The notes under the pieces were generated by a model. It was given only the letters and a program-made list of their open reading frames with translations, searched no databases and was not told where the DNA came from. From a virus, in the IMG/VR virus record IMGVR_UViG_3300039449_000008: a DNA stretch of 39,805 nucleotides; one strand, 5' to 3'. Numbering within the stretch: the stretch's first letter is position 1; each line of letters begins with the position of its first letter. The position numbers and the translations under genes are program-made. This document shows, in pieces, positions 39,188 through 39,805 of the stretch.

Positions 39188-39676
39188 ATGTCCACCCACC
39201 TAAACCGCATTTGCGCGTCACGCCCCGGCGACGATGGCCGCTTGTACGTACTCGAACTGACATGCGCGGCATGGTCAGAGCCGGTACGTCTTGCGGCCAG
39301 TCCTGAAGACGAAACCGTAACTCACGAAAATGGCGACGTGGTGACGTACCAATGGAGCAATGTTGTTTTAACATTACCGTCGCGGGATGTGTCTGGTACC
39401 GAAACATTTTCGTTTCAGATTAACGGTGTGACGGATATAGTTTTGCCGCTTATTCGTCAGGCTCAGGCCACGCGTGAAATCGTTACCGCGACAATCCGAA
39501 CGTATGCCTACAGCGATTTAACAACGGTACAAGAGCGCTTCGATTACGAATCTAAAGCCACGGCGGGAACGACGTTTGAAACGTCTATCGCGGCGACATT
39601 TCCCGAAATCATTAACAAGCCTTTTCCGAAGTATCGCAACACGCCGGAAAACTCACCCGGCACGGTTCACATGTGA
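39188..39676 (+). CDS. Tail tip protein, DUF1833-like.
   Basis: LYVLELTCAAWSEPVRLAASPEDETVTHENGDVVTYQWSNVVLTLPSRD follows the DUF1833 pattern as I remember it. Directly precedes the NlpC/P60 gene. Confidence 0.5.
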   Translation: MSTHLNRICASRPGDDGRLYVLELTCAAWSEPVRLAASPEDETVTHENGDVVTYQWSNVVLTLPSRDVSGTETFSFQINGVTDIVLPLIRQAQATREIVTATIRTYAYSDLTTVQERFDYESKATAGTTFETSIAATFPEIINKPFPKYRNTPENSPGTVHM

Positions 39677-39805
39677 TTATTCCTGAATATTTTAAAAAAA
39701 TTCCGTATGTGGAAGGTGGCCGCGATTTTGGCGGCGCGGACTGTTACGGCGTTTTGAGGTTGTGGTTGCAATACAGGCAGATTGTCGATTTGCCCGCCTG
39801 GGGGA
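39673..39805 (+). CDS. 5' part of the NlpC/P60 peptidase gene; the same gene as 1-408, seen in the terminal repeat copy.
   Basis: The GTG at 39673 is in frame with IIPEYFKKIPYVEGGRDF. An upstream in-frame stop lies at 39613. Confidence 0.6.
   Translation, partial: MIIPEYFKKIPYVEGGRDFGGADCYGVLRLWLQYRQIVDLPAWG
39679..39805. repeat. Terminal direct repeat, copy 2, identical to 1-127.
   Basis: Same comparison as copy 1. Confidence 0.95.

Overview
The window is one complete, circularly closed phage genome. Bases 1-127 recur exactly at 39679-39805, giving a 39,678-bp unit. By gene content and order it is an N15-like telomere phage, meaning a linear plasmid-prophage, with a lambda-like siphoviral morphogenesis block. 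The hallmarks are a protelomerase gene (4725-6308) preceded by a 94-bp perfect palindrome (4539-4632, candidate telRL); a divergent small-ParA partition operon with an RHH-type partner (3167-4212); a 1280-aa primase-helicase RepA (10501-14343); and a cI-like repressor (14644-15297). I recognised no integrase. The rest comprises a leftward early operon of small unknown genes, an RdgC/FtsK-gamma fusion, SSB, an orphan C5-methyltransferase and AT-rich accessory cassettes (MazG-like, PAPS-reductase-like, ASCH-like). These are followed by a lysis cassette, a probable cos region, terS/terL, gpW, portal, a protease-capsid fusion, a decoration protein and gpZ/U/V/G-T/H-like tail genes. A tailspike cassette and DUF1833-like, NlpC/P60 and gpJ-like tip proteins complete the tail module. 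The most unusual signal is a dispersed network of 8-bp iteron arrays (TTTTCCGG/CCGGAAAA) joined to a conserved AATTACGTAAAAC box. It occurs at seven loci: directly upstream of parA, repA, the rdgC-like gene, ssb and terS, and once inside a wHTH gene. I read it as a candidate dispersed centromere and/or global operator system. Other leads are a promoter-plus-terminator unit that could make a ~100-nt sRNA between repA and cI, and a G/C-clamped AT-rich inverted repeat inside repA that may be an internal ori. There are also twin near-identical sigma70 promoters, a stand-alone moron, a second HTH switch with two lipoproteins, an unannotated 58-aa zinc-ribbon ORF and a G-T -1 frameshift site. All functional calls come from motif recognition by eye; no database search or computation was possible.
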